Below are positions 26,150 through 34,681 of a stretch of DNA of 56,026 nucleotides, piece by piece. Made by a program: the position numbers and the translations under genes. The number at the start of each line of letters is the position of its first letter. Position 1 is the stretch's first letter. The notes beneath the pieces were generated by a model that did not search any database, had not been told where the DNA came from, and saw only the letters and a list, made by a program, of their open reading frames with translations. Source of the DNA: a virus (Duplodnaviria; Caudoviricetes). The stretch lies in the IMG/VR virus record IMGVR_UViG_3300024275_000009, positions 1-56,026 of that record; one strand, given 5' to 3'.

Positions 26150-26472
26150 ACCGTGATTCTCCGCGGTGCGTTCTGCATCAGCTTCAACTCGAAGTTGCCA
26201 CCGGTCATGATGACGGCCTCGCCCGAGGTATACAGACCGCCGTCGGCAATCCGTCGATCCTTCTCAGTGTAGCGGTGTGCGTCCAGGATCTCTATCGCGT
26301 CGTGCATGTCGGTGCGGATGACAATCATGTCCTGGTCGTCATCCGTATAGTCGGCTTCAACGCCACCGTCCCGGAAGTACTGCAACACCGCACGCATTAC
26401 CACGCGCGCCTCGGTAATCAACGACGCGTTGACTCGCGACGCCATGAGACGTCGCGCAGCTTCGATCTTCAT
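26134..26472 (-). CDS. hypothetical protein with N-terminal tag
   Basis: MKIEAARRLMASR; ATGA overlap. Confidence 0.7.
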   Translation of the reverse strand: MKIEAARRLMASRVNASLITEARVVMRAVLQYFRDGGVEADYTDDDQDMIVIRTDMHDAIEILDAHRYTEKDRRIADGGLYTSGEAVIMTGGNFELKLMQNAPRRITVCLNR

Positions 26473-27779
26473 GAGTTGGCCTGGTTGATGATGGTGATTA
26501 CCTTGCGCAGCTGTTGGTCGGTCAGACCAAAACGCTCTTGCAGGAATTGCGCATCATAGGTCGAGATGTCAGTGCCTTGCGCCACGGAGATGATGGTGAA
26601 GGCGATCTCCTTGTTGGTGTACGTCACCTTCAGCTTGGCGCCACGCGAATTCTTGATGAGCTGCTTGACTTCCTGATACAGCTGGTAGGCAATCTCCTTC
26701 GCCTGATCCTTGGAGACACCCTTACGCAGCGAGAACACCAGCTTGTCGTCATCGACCGTCAGCTTACCGATGAACTCCTTGTAGCTGAAGATGTTCGGGT
26801 CGATCTGTGCCGATGGCTTGCGCAGCTGCTGCGACAGCGGGATGGTACCCAGCGAGGTCGCGAAGTCTTCCAGCTCCAGCAGGTGGCTGATAGCCTTCAC
26901 AGCTTCGCCAGCCGATTCAACGCCGGTGCCACCCGACTTCAGCAGCGCGTTCGGTGCCTCGTACTCGTGGTTGACCTGCACCTCGACCTCGTTGGCCGTC
27001 ACCTTCCACTGAATCGAGATGTACAGATGCGGCGTTGTCGCGCCTTCATCGTTGGTCGCGTTGATGAGCATGAGGTAGTACGTGAAGACCAGCTCACCTT
27101 CTTCGTCGATATGCACGTACAGGAACAGGTTCGAATCCTCGAACAGCACGTGCTCCGACACCTCAGCCGACACGGCATTCATGTACTTCTTGAACTCGTT
27201 CGGTACGTGTTCTTCAGCCACATCCGAAAGGAAGCCCAGCACCGTCTTCAGCTGAGCACCAACCTTGTCGGTCAGGGTCTTCAGCGACGCCATGGCGTTG
27301 TCGTAAGCCTCGCCGCGACGGTCGGGGAACTGCATGGCCAACTGCGTCTGCATGGCTTCCAGCGTACGATGCTTCTCGTACAGATCTTCAGCCAGCGCGT
27401 AATTGTCCTTGAGCTTACTCAGGTTGGGGACAACGATCTTCTTGATGAGGTCCGGGTTGATCTTCTTCTTTTGATTCCGGCGACGCTTGGCTGCGTCCTT
27501 GTCGTTGTCGTCATCATCGATAACGAATTCCATCTGGGCAGCCTGCACCAGCGCCGCCTGGACGTTGGCCTTGGGCTTCAGCAGGTACGCCAGGCTCTTC
27601 TGCACCTGACGAATGATCTGGTCGGTGTCACGCGTCTCCTCCGTCAGCTGCTCCAGGTAACGCACAGCGTCATCCAGGTAACGGAACTTCGGCAGCTCAA
27701 CGCCCGACGAGCGCACCACCTTTTCATGCTGCTTGCGATATGCGGTCAGACGGGCAGCGGCCTTGAGTTTGGTAACCAT
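26469..27779 (-). CDS. putative virion protein with N-terminal tag
   Basis: MVTKLKAAARLTAY; 436 aa; GAGGA RBS. Confidence 0.7.
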   Translation of the reverse strand: MVTKLKAAARLTAYRKQHEKVVRSSGVELPKFRYLDDAVRYLEQLTEETRDTDQIIRQVQKSLAYLLKPKANVQAALVQAAQMEFVIDDDDNDKDAAKRRRNQKKKINPDLIKKIVVPNLSKLKDNYALAEDLYEKHRTLEAMQTQLAMQFPDRRGEAYDNAMASLKTLTDKVGAQLKTVLGFLSDVAEEHVPNEFKKYMNAVSAEVSEHVLFEDSNLFLYVHIDEEGELVFTYYLMLINATNDEGATTPHLYISIQWKVTANEVEVQVNHEYEAPNALLKSGGTGVESAGEAVKAISHLLELEDFATSLGTIPLSQQLRKPSAQIDPNIFSYKEFIGKLTVDDDKLVFSLRKGVSKDQAKEIAYQLYQEVKQLIKNSRGAKLKVTYTNKEIAFTIISVAQGTDISTYDAQFLQERFGLTDQQLRKVITIINQANS

Positions 27780-27823
27780 GTTTGAATTCCTCTGTTCTTC
27801 GGTGTATCACACACGCATGAAAT

Positions 27824-29062
27824 TTAGGTACGGCGGTTGCCCGACACGTTGTCTCGAACCATGTTGGTGGTGCGGTCCTTGGTCAAGATGCGATAACGCT
27901 TCGGCAGGATGCGCGGGATCTCCGCCGGCTGCAGCACCCGTACCTGCACCTCCCAACCCAACGTCTGGCGATTGCGCGACTCCCACGGATTGGAGTTCTG
28001 CACGATAAGCACCTTGCCCAGCTGTGACTCGGTGATGATGTCCTGCGAGTCGAGCTGCGGCACGTTCGGCGACATGATGATCTGAAACGGATCCATCTGC
28101 TCGAGCATGGATGTGTCCGAGCCCGACGGTCGACGCGGGAACTCGAAGTAGGCGCATTCCTGCGACACGTTGAACTGCATCTCGAAGTGGGTGAACTTAC
28201 AATTGAACGTGGCGTTGACCAGATGGCGCTTACCATCGGCCTTCGCCAGGATGTCGGTGATCGAGTTGATCGGCACACCGTCGATAGTGAAACGCGCGTT
28301 GACCGGCTTGACGCCGTTCCACATGCGGAAGCTGTCGACTGCGATAGCGCCACGCGGAATCAGCACCAACGCATTGAACGAACTGGCAGTGGCCGTAAAT
28401 GGTTTGGCCAACGTGTCGAGTTCACCGTTCTCTAGCTGCACGTCGGTAACGGTCAGCACCTGCCGGAAGGTATTGAACGGCGCGTAGCCACCGATGAAGC
28501 CAGAGCCAAAGCAGATCGGACAGGCCATATCGGATGCCGCCATGGTACCGGTGTCCCAATCGCCAACCAGGTCATCAATCGTCCACGGGTTGACCGGGCC
28601 ATTGTCGCCGAAGCCACCGTTCGGCTCTTCACGCGCAAACGGTACGCCGTCGGAATCACCGGGTGAAGTGACAATATCGAACACACCTTGATACTTGTTC
28701 TGCGGTGCATGCGGACTGGACATATCGCCAACGTCAGCACCGAACAGTCGATCCTGTCCGTGTGAGTAGTCGGTGACCGAGAACTCCATCTCGCCGGCGA
28801 GCATCTGATTGATGGTGCCTTGCGAAGCCTTGCCGTCCTGACCCAGCAGCGAGTTGATCTGCTTGCGCGACGACTGGCAGCTGCACTTGCGCCCGGCGTT
28901 AAGGCGGTTGTAGAGCACGCATCGGTAGCCTTGTGGCCGGAATGCGTCGTAGTAACGGCGTTGCTGAACGGGGATAATTTCGTTGATGGCACGTTCTGCT
29001 ACATCGGCAGCGCGTGCATTTGCTGGAAGGATTCGATTGTTTGATCGGTCGCGCAGCGGCAT
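27824..29062 (-). CDS. putative head closure/neck protein
   Basis: KCSC...CPICFGSGFIGGY zinc-like motif, recalled from neck proteins of large phages; start at ATG 29062. Confidence 0.5.
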   Translation of the reverse strand: MPLRDRSNNRILPANARAADVAERAINEIIPVQQRRYYDAFRPQGYRCVLYNRLNAGRKCSCQSSRKQINSLLGQDGKASQGTINQMLAGEMEFSVTDYSHGQDRLFGADVGDMSSPHAPQNKYQGVFDIVTSPGDSDGVPFAREEPNGGFGDNGPVNPWTIDDLVGDWDTGTMAASDMACPICFGSGFIGGYAPFNTFRQVLTVTDVQLENGELDTLAKPFTATASSFNALVLIPRGAIAVDSFRMWNGVKPVNARFTIDGVPINSITDILAKADGKRHLVNATFNCKFTHFEMQFNVSQECAYFEFPRRPSGSDTSMLEQMDPFQIIMSPNVPQLDSQDIITESQLGKVLIVQNSNPWESRNRQTLGWEVQVRVLQPAEIPRILPKRYRILTKDRTTNMVRDNVSGNRRT

Positions 29063-29152
29063 TGTATCCACCCTGTAGTGATGCTTTGACAAGGTGAAAT
29101 TACTGCGGATATACGGAGGGGGTGTTGGACAGGGGCACGCGGCCCCTGTAGA

Positions 29153-29503
29153 TCAGGCGGCCGAGCGCTTGAGGAACGTGTCGAGCGTGTCGATCACGAT
29201 TGATGCTGCAGCTTCGAAGGAAGTGCATTTGTCCTGCGTGGACCTGAAGTTGTAACCTCCCTTCAGCTTGCGGTCAATGAAGACGCGCATGTCCGTGGTG
29301 ATCTTGATACAGAAGACGCCGGTGGGGCTCTTGAAGGTTAACGACTGTGCGGCGTAGTTGCGTTGCCAACCGCGTGGCAGCTCGACCTTCCCGAGCAGTT
29401 CCTTGATACGAACCCACGCCATCTCCTCGACCTGCGCCCGCATCGAGTTGGATGACACGGTGTGGACGTCAATCTGTGCTGATGTTGCGTAGTGCTGTTT
29501 CAT
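29153..29503 (-). CDS. hypothetical protein
   Basis: TAATG coupling with the upstream deaminase gene. Confidence 0.6.
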   Translation of the reverse strand: MKQHYATSAQIDVHTVSSNSMRAQVEEMAWVRIKELLGKVELPRGWQRNYAAQSLTFKSPTGVFCIKITTDMRVFIDRKLKGGYNFRSTQDKCTSFEAAASIVIDTLDTFLKRSAA

Positions 29504-29949
29504 TAGATCTTCCTTACGACTATTCCCCGTTCCAGCATGTACTCAATCGGTTCCTGCTTGAAGAATTGGTCGTACACCACCTCGGCGATCTTGGCCTTTA
29601 CGGCTTCTACGGCACATGGCATACAGCAGGACAGCGTCGTGTACAGCGTGGCGCCTGGTATTGCATGACGTCTACGGCGCAGCTTACGCAGAGCATTGAA
29701 CTCCGCGTGCTGCACTTCTTTGCGAGTGCGCATCTTCAGATACAGACAGCCGCACTCGTGGCGCATCATTACGGGGTACTCCATGGCATTCGGCATCCCT
29801 TTCGGCATGCCGTTCCAACCATAGGACAGGATGTTCGTGTCCTTGGTAATCACGCAACCAACCTTGTGGGTCAGGTCGTGTGAGCGCTCAGCGGCCCGGC
29901 GCGCAAAGTCCATATACATCAGGTCGTCAAGTCGCTGCTTTGATTCCAT
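29503..29949 (-). CDS. dCMP deaminase
   Basis: KVGCVI...GWNG.P...HAEFNA...LYTTLSCCMPC zinc deaminase signature. Confidence 0.9.
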   Translation of the reverse strand: MESKQRLDDLMYMDFARRAAERSHDLTHKVGCVITKDTNILSYGWNGMPKGMPNAMEYPVMMRHECGCLYLKMRTRKEVQHAEFNALRKLRRRRHAIPGATLYTTLSCCMPCAVEAVKAKIAEVVYDQFFKQEPIEYMLERGIVVRKI

Positions 29950-29980
29950 GGAACACCCCGTATGATAACGAGGCTATTTA

Positions 29981-31516
29981 CTACATGCCGGGACCGTACA
30001 GGTTCACGGTGAAGCTGACCGCATAGGAAAGCGCAGCCGACAGGGTGATGGTGATGACGTTCCCGTTGTTGCTGAGCACGGCTGTCGCTGACCCGAGGCT
30101 TTGACTGGTGCGGAATGTCGGCAGCCAATTTCCGCGACTGCACGCCTCGAAGTCGAGGGCCGTATAGGAAGCCTGGGTAGCACCCGCTGGAATCGTCAAC
30201 ACCGGCGGGTTATACGCCTGCGGGATAATCCGCGCCTTCACCGTACCGGACAGGAAGGTGGTGCCAGGCGGATTAACGTTATGTAGTCGACAGGCGGAAA
30301 TGCCACGTGAGTTGTTGTTCTGAACCTTGATAACGCCTGACTTGAACGGCGCCAGTGTACCGGCACCACCTGCATCGAGCGCATCATTCAAATCCAACCC
30401 TTCGATGTAACCGATCTTGATGGCATAATCCTGCGCTTCGGCAACGATGGGCACCGCGCTGCTTTGCAACGAATCCCAGCCGGTTGCGGAAAGCTTGAGC
30501 TGATAGACGTTCGAGTCGGTCGGCACCAGGTTGATGAACGCGTTGCCCAGCCGCTCACACGAAACCCGATTCCACACTGAGGACACAGTCAGGCCCGCGG
30601 TGTTCGTTCCTGGCAGGCGCGGGTCCAACACATCCGATTGGTAGGCGAAGTACGGGGTGTAGCCCAGGAAGTAATTGTCGAGATCGGCATGAACTCCCAT
30701 GCTGCCGTTCTTAGGTAGGTAGAAGGTGGCCCGCAGTTCGGCGTTGCTGAAGCAGTTCGTCCACTTCCAATCGCCGCCCGTGCTGAGGATACACCACGTG
30801 GCGTAGTTGCCGTTACCTCCGAGATTGTCGAGTGAGCTGTGACCGTTGTTGGTCCACGCCGTGTAGGCGAAGCGCACACCTTTGACCAGGATGTCGCGAG
30901 CATCAAACTTGAGGTTGCCGCCGTTGCCGAAGACGATGCCGTCCATTTGACAGCCGACGTTACCAACCTGTGCGCCACCCTGACCCGGTCCCTGAATGGT
31001 GAAGCCGCGATACTTGATGCGACTGAGCGCACCGGTAACTGCGTAGACGGACAGGGCGGCTGTACCCGGACCCATGTCGGTCTTCCACTTCAAGGTCACG
31101 CCATCGACAAAACCACCCGAGTCATGATCCGAGCACATCAGATGCCTGTCTGTCAGTGACAGCTGGGTGCCCGTGCAGTCGTAGACGCCACGCACGAGTT
31201 TCGCGACTGGTGTCAGGGCCGAACTGAATGCCGCCTGCACGTTGACACCCGTGGGTGTCGCGCCGGTATAGTCGGCACCAAACCACGACGCCGAATGATA
31301 CTCGTTGTAGATCGATCCGACTATTGACCCACCTTGCGACAGGTCGAAGATCTGCTGAAAGTCATTAGCGTCGATATAGGCGTTGGCAAACGTTATTGTC
31401 ACACCCGCTGCCGGTTGAAGCACGCCACCCCAGTCGAAGCTGACACGACCACTCAGCGTCACATTCGACGTGACTGGAGTCAGGGCACTCACACTCATGG
31501 TACTTAGCATTGTCAC
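29981..31516 (-). CDS. beta-helix tail spike/fibre-like protein (pectate-lyase-like)
   Basis: ASWFGAD.TG...VQAA...GVY N-terminal pattern of beta-helix spikes; G/N/T-rich. Confidence 0.6.
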   Translation of the reverse strand: MTMLSTMSVSALTPVTSNVTLSGRVSFDWGGVLQPAAGVTITFANAYIDANDFQQIFDLSQGGSIVGSIYNEYHSASWFGADYTGATPTGVNVQAAFSSALTPVAKLVRGVYDCTGTQLSLTDRHLMCSDHDSGGFVDGVTLKWKTDMGPGTAALSVYAVTGALSRIKYRGFTIQGPGQGGAQVGNVGCQMDGIVFGNGGNLKFDARDILVKGVRFAYTAWTNNGHSSLDNLGGNGNYATWCILSTGGDWKWTNCFSNAELRATFYLPKNGSMGVHADLDNYFLGYTPYFAYQSDVLDPRLPGTNTAGLTVSSVWNRVSCERLGNAFINLVPTDSNVYQLKLSATGWDSLQSSAVPIVAEAQDYAIKIGYIEGLDLNDALDAGGAGTLAPFKSGVIKVQNNNSRGISACRLHNVNPPGTTFLSGTVKARIIPQAYNPPVLTIPAGATQASYTALDFEACSRGNWLPTFRTSQSLGSATAVLSNNGNVITITLSAALSYAVSFTVNLYGPGM

Positions 31517-31740
31517 TTCCTTGCGGTTGCGAGCAGACGGGCAACCGCTTCGAGAGGTTTACGGCTGTCATATACAGCGGCCGAGTGTGTCATGTTCTTG
31601 TAGATGTGCATGGTCAAAGGCCAGTTCTGATCGCCGTGATCCTTACCCGCAGCGTCCTTGGCCTTGTCCCACTTTTTCTCAAGTGACTTCACAGTGCCCT
31701 TGCCTTCACGTGCATCCTTCTTGATCTTTGACGTAGGCAT
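31513..31740 (-). CDS. small basic protein with a C-terminal copy of the tag
   Basis: LEKKWDKAK...IYKNM; ends KPLEAVARLLATARK. Confidence 0.65.
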   Translation of the reverse strand: MPTSKIKKDAREGKGTVKSLEKKWDKAKDAAGKDHGDQNWPLTMHIYKNMTHSAAVYDSRKPLEAVARLLATARK

Positions 31741-31746
31741 GATTGG

Positions 31747-32061
31747 TCAGCCCTCGAAGTGTTCCTGGATACGTTCAATAGCGTGGTAGGCAGGATTGCC
31801 GGGCGCCATATGATTCAGCGCTTCTTCCAGCGGCTTGATGTGCCAATCAATGCTGCTGTTGATCTTCTTAGCCAGATCCTCGCGCTCTTTGAGGATTCGT
31901 TCAGCCGTTGTCTTCTTATAGACGCCAGGCGCCGCGGCTTTCGGCCAGGTGGTTTGTCGTCCGCGCCCGGCGGTGCCGATCACCACCCACGCATTGCCCG
32001 GCACGCCGTCCGACTGATCTTCGGAGGCCATCAACCGGTGTGTTGCTTCAATCCTAATCAT
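31747..32061 (-). CDS. hypothetical protein with N-terminal tag
   Basis: MIRIEATHRLMASE; AGGAG RBS. Confidence 0.7.
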   Translation of the reverse strand: MIRIEATHRLMASEDQSDGVPGNAWVVIGTAGRGRQTTWPKAAAPGVYKKTTAERILKEREDLAKKINSSIDWHIKPLEEALNHMAPGNPAYHAIERIQEHFEG

Positions 32062-32070
32062 TGCTTGCTC

Positions 32071-32586
32071 CTAGCGTGTTTGCGTAAAGCTGCGCAGGAT
32101 CTGCAGCGAGAGGCTGTCAGCCAGCAGCGTCTTGACACCCGGATGCAGCGGCGACGGCCAGTCTCCGAACTCCACCCAACGGAATCCTTGCGTCTCCCAG
32201 TTCAGCTTGGGCGTGAATTCCTTGGGTACGAGCGCGGCGAAGTTGTGATACTGGAAGCCCTTGTCGGCGTCCTTGAAAACGAGCATCGGCCGCAGGCGAA
32301 GCTTACCCTTGTAGCCGGCCTCCTCGCGCAGTTCACGACGCACGGCCACCTCGGGATTTTCGCCACCGTCGATAGCGCCACCCCAGCTGCCCCAGGTGTT
32401 AGGCTCCAACACGTTGCGGGAGCGATGCGGAAACAGGATGCGGCCGGTGTCCTGTGCGACAGGAAGACAGCCAGCACCGCGCTTGCCCCAGTAGCCGGTC
32501 TTCTCGAGCATCTCTTCGTGGTCGGAATCATCCGGCGAGTGCAATGATTCCGCAAGCAGCCTTTGCGCTGCGTTGAGCTTGAGCAC
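32071..32586 (-). CDS. Nudix hydrolase with N-terminal tag
   Basis: Nudix box GGAIDGGENPEVAVRRELREEAG; MLKLNAAQRLLA; AAGGAGG RBS. Confidence 0.9.
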   Translation of the reverse strand: MLKLNAAQRLLAESLHSPDDSDHEEMLEKTGYWGKRGAGCLPVAQDTGRILFPHRSRNVLEPNTWGSWGGAIDGGENPEVAVRRELREEAGYKGKLRLRPMLVFKDADKGFQYHNFAALVPKEFTPKLNWETQGFRWVEFGDWPSPLHPGVKTLLADSLSLQILRSFTQTR

Positions 32587-32595
32587 AATTCCTCC

Positions 32596-33033
32596 TTACT
32601 GATTCAGGTATTCCGCTTCGTCTTTGATGTCTTTCATCACTTCCGACTTCAGCGGATGCTTGAGACCTTTCAGCGCCCGCGTCACGTCCTTGAGCTGACG
32701 CATACGATCACGCTTCGACGACTCCCAGTACTCCGAACCCGGCTTGATGCTCTGGTCGGCTTCCCAGCCGGCGACCGGATAGTCCTTGGAGATGCCGACG
32801 TCTCCATCCGAGAAGGTGACGACGCTGTAGTGGCCGATGCGCATATGCGTACGCGAGCCCATGTCACGACACTTCTTCGAGAACTCCCAGTTGCCTTTCG
32901 AGCTGGTCGAACGGAACTTCATCGGCTCGCGGCCGTGCTCTTCCGAGAAGTAGATGGTGCAGGGGCCGGGTATTTCGTCATGCACGCCAGCCGCCGAGAG
33001 TTTGAGACGTTGCGCCGCTTCGAGCTTAACCAT
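32596..33033 (-). CDS. hypothetical protein with N-terminal tag
   Basis: True start is MVKLEAAQRLKLSAA at 33033. Confidence 0.7.
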   Translation of the reverse strand: MVKLEAAQRLKLSAAGVHDEIPGPCTIYFSEEHGREPMKFRSTSSKGNWEFSKKCRDMGSRTHMRIGHYSVVTFSDGDVGISKDYPVAGWEADQSIKPGSEYWESSKRDRMRQLKDVTRALKGLKHPLKSEVMKDIKDEAEYLNQ

Positions 33034-33049
33034 GATTGGTTCCTTTCGC

Positions 33050-33331
33050 TTAGTCGACCGAGTCGACAATGTTCGGGTTGTTGACGTTGAGACGCTGCGT
33101 TGCCTTGTCGGCCACCTGCTGCATGCAGCGATAGTAGACGTTGTTGCCTTGCTGGGAACGAACGATCTTGCCTTTCATCAGCGGACTTGCGTCACCCTTG
33201 AAAATCGACTTGAGCGATTCGGGGTTGTACTTGTCCGAGCTGATAAGCCGGCCCATCTTGTTGTAGACGTAGACTTCAACCTCGCCGGAACGGGCGATCA
33301 GTCGTTGCGCTGCTTCGAGTTTGATTGTCAT
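33050..33331 (-). CDS. hypothetical protein with N-terminal tag
   Basis: MTIKLEAAQRLIARS. Confidence 0.7.
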   Translation of the reverse strand: MTIKLEAAQRLIARSGEVEVYVYNKMGRLISSDKYNPESLKSIFKGDASPLMKGKIVRSQQGNNVYYRCMQQVADKATQRLNVNNPNIVDSVD

Positions 33332-33343
33332 GGCTCACTCTCA

Positions 33344-34681
33344 TTACCAGTTATTAAACATGCGGCGCAACTCGCGCTTTTGCGAACGACGCTCGCTCTT
33401 CTGATTGTAGTACGACCGGATACGCATTTCCTTGCGCTTACCGGACTCACCTAACAGCAGGGCCTTGTCTTCATCCGAGCCAGCCCATTGAAAGATGGCT
33501 TCGGCCGGCACCAACTGGAAGCGCTCGCTGTGCAGGTACGAGCGATCGAAGGCTGCGTACTTCTGGCGGTTCTGACCTGTCGGGCAAACGATCAGACAGT
33601 GCGTGATCTTGTTGTCCCAGTTGACAGTCGCCAGACACGGATCGTCCACCCGCCACATACGCTTCAGGCCCTGATCCTTGATCTGCTCCTGGACGATCTC
33701 GCGCTTCTGTTGACGCTCTTCCTTCTTGCGCTCGTGCTCGTCCTTCTCGTCGTCCGTCATGTAGGTCGAGTTGTCGTTCGGATCGAAACGACGCGGGTTC
33801 AGGCCGACCTTGCGCATCCAGGTGATCCAGTTCGGACCATGACCCTGTGCGGTGCGATCAACCACGCGGTCGATTTCCGACACGGCCTGGTGACACATCT
33901 CATGCAGGAAGATCTCGACGAAGAAGTTCTGGCTGGCGTTGTACAGACGCGGCGATACTGACAGCTGGCGACGCATGGCCATCCAGTAACCGCGCAAACG
34001 CATCTTGCCGGCCGCCTGCATCTTCAGAAGGCCGAGGTACGGCTGCTTCATCTTGCCGCCGAACTTCGTCTCGTTCAGGAAATCCCACAGCCGCTTGTTG
34101 AACGACAGCCGATAGGTACGGTCATCGTTGGTCTGACAGAAGCGATACATCTTCTGCAGCTGCTCAGGGATATGCGTGACCGGCACCTGCGAGTCATCGT
34201 TTTCCTTCGAGCCCGGGTTGTTCGGCGAATCCTTCGGATTGAACTTCGGCGGCACGTCGTCTTCCGGATCGAAGTCATTCACACCCGGCTTCAACTTGGG
34301 CGGTTCCTTGACCTTCGGCGGCTTCGCTACCGGCGGCTTCGCCTTCTTCTCGACCTCGGGCGGCACGTGCGTCTCGACACCCTTGAAGTTCTTCGAGTTG
34401 CGCTGGCTGTTCTTCAGCACAACAATGCGCGTCGATTCCTTGAGGATGATGTTGCCGTCCAACCCGAACTTCCAATACAGATCGGTACGACCGGTCGGCT
34501 TCGGCTGCCCGAAGTGCTTGTCCAGGAACTTGCGGTCCATACCCGAATACTTGAACGAGATGCGATCCTCGCTCGACAGCTTCGGTTGCAGGCCGGTGAA
34601 GCCCAGCGATTCAAGGAACACCTTGGCCTGCTTTTCGTCGGCCTTGGCGGCCATCAGGCGATATGCGGCTTGGAGTTTCAT
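33344..34681 (-). CDS. SprT-like zinc metalloprotease with N-terminal tag
   Basis: LNETKFGG...FLHEMCHQ...GHGPNW SprT signature; MKLQAAYRLMAA. Confidence 0.85.
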   Translation of the reverse strand: MKLQAAYRLMAAKADEKQAKVFLESLGFTGLQPKLSSEDRISFKYSGMDRKFLDKHFGQPKPTGRTDLYWKFGLDGNIILKESTRIVVLKNSQRNSKNFKGVETHVPPEVEKKAKPPVAKPPKVKEPPKLKPGVNDFDPEDDVPPKFNPKDSPNNPGSKENDDSQVPVTHIPEQLQKMYRFCQTNDDRTYRLSFNKRLWDFLNETKFGGKMKQPYLGLLKMQAAGKMRLRGYWMAMRRQLSVSPRLYNASQNFFVEIFLHEMCHQAVSEIDRVVDRTAQGHGPNWITWMRKVGLNPRRFDPNDNSTYMTDDEKDEHERKKEERQQKREIVQEQIKDQGLKRMWRVDDPCLATVNWDNKITHCLIVCPTGQNRQKYAAFDRSYLHSERFQLVPAEAIFQWAGSDEDKALLLGESGKRKEMRIRSYYNQKSERRSQKRELRRMFNNW

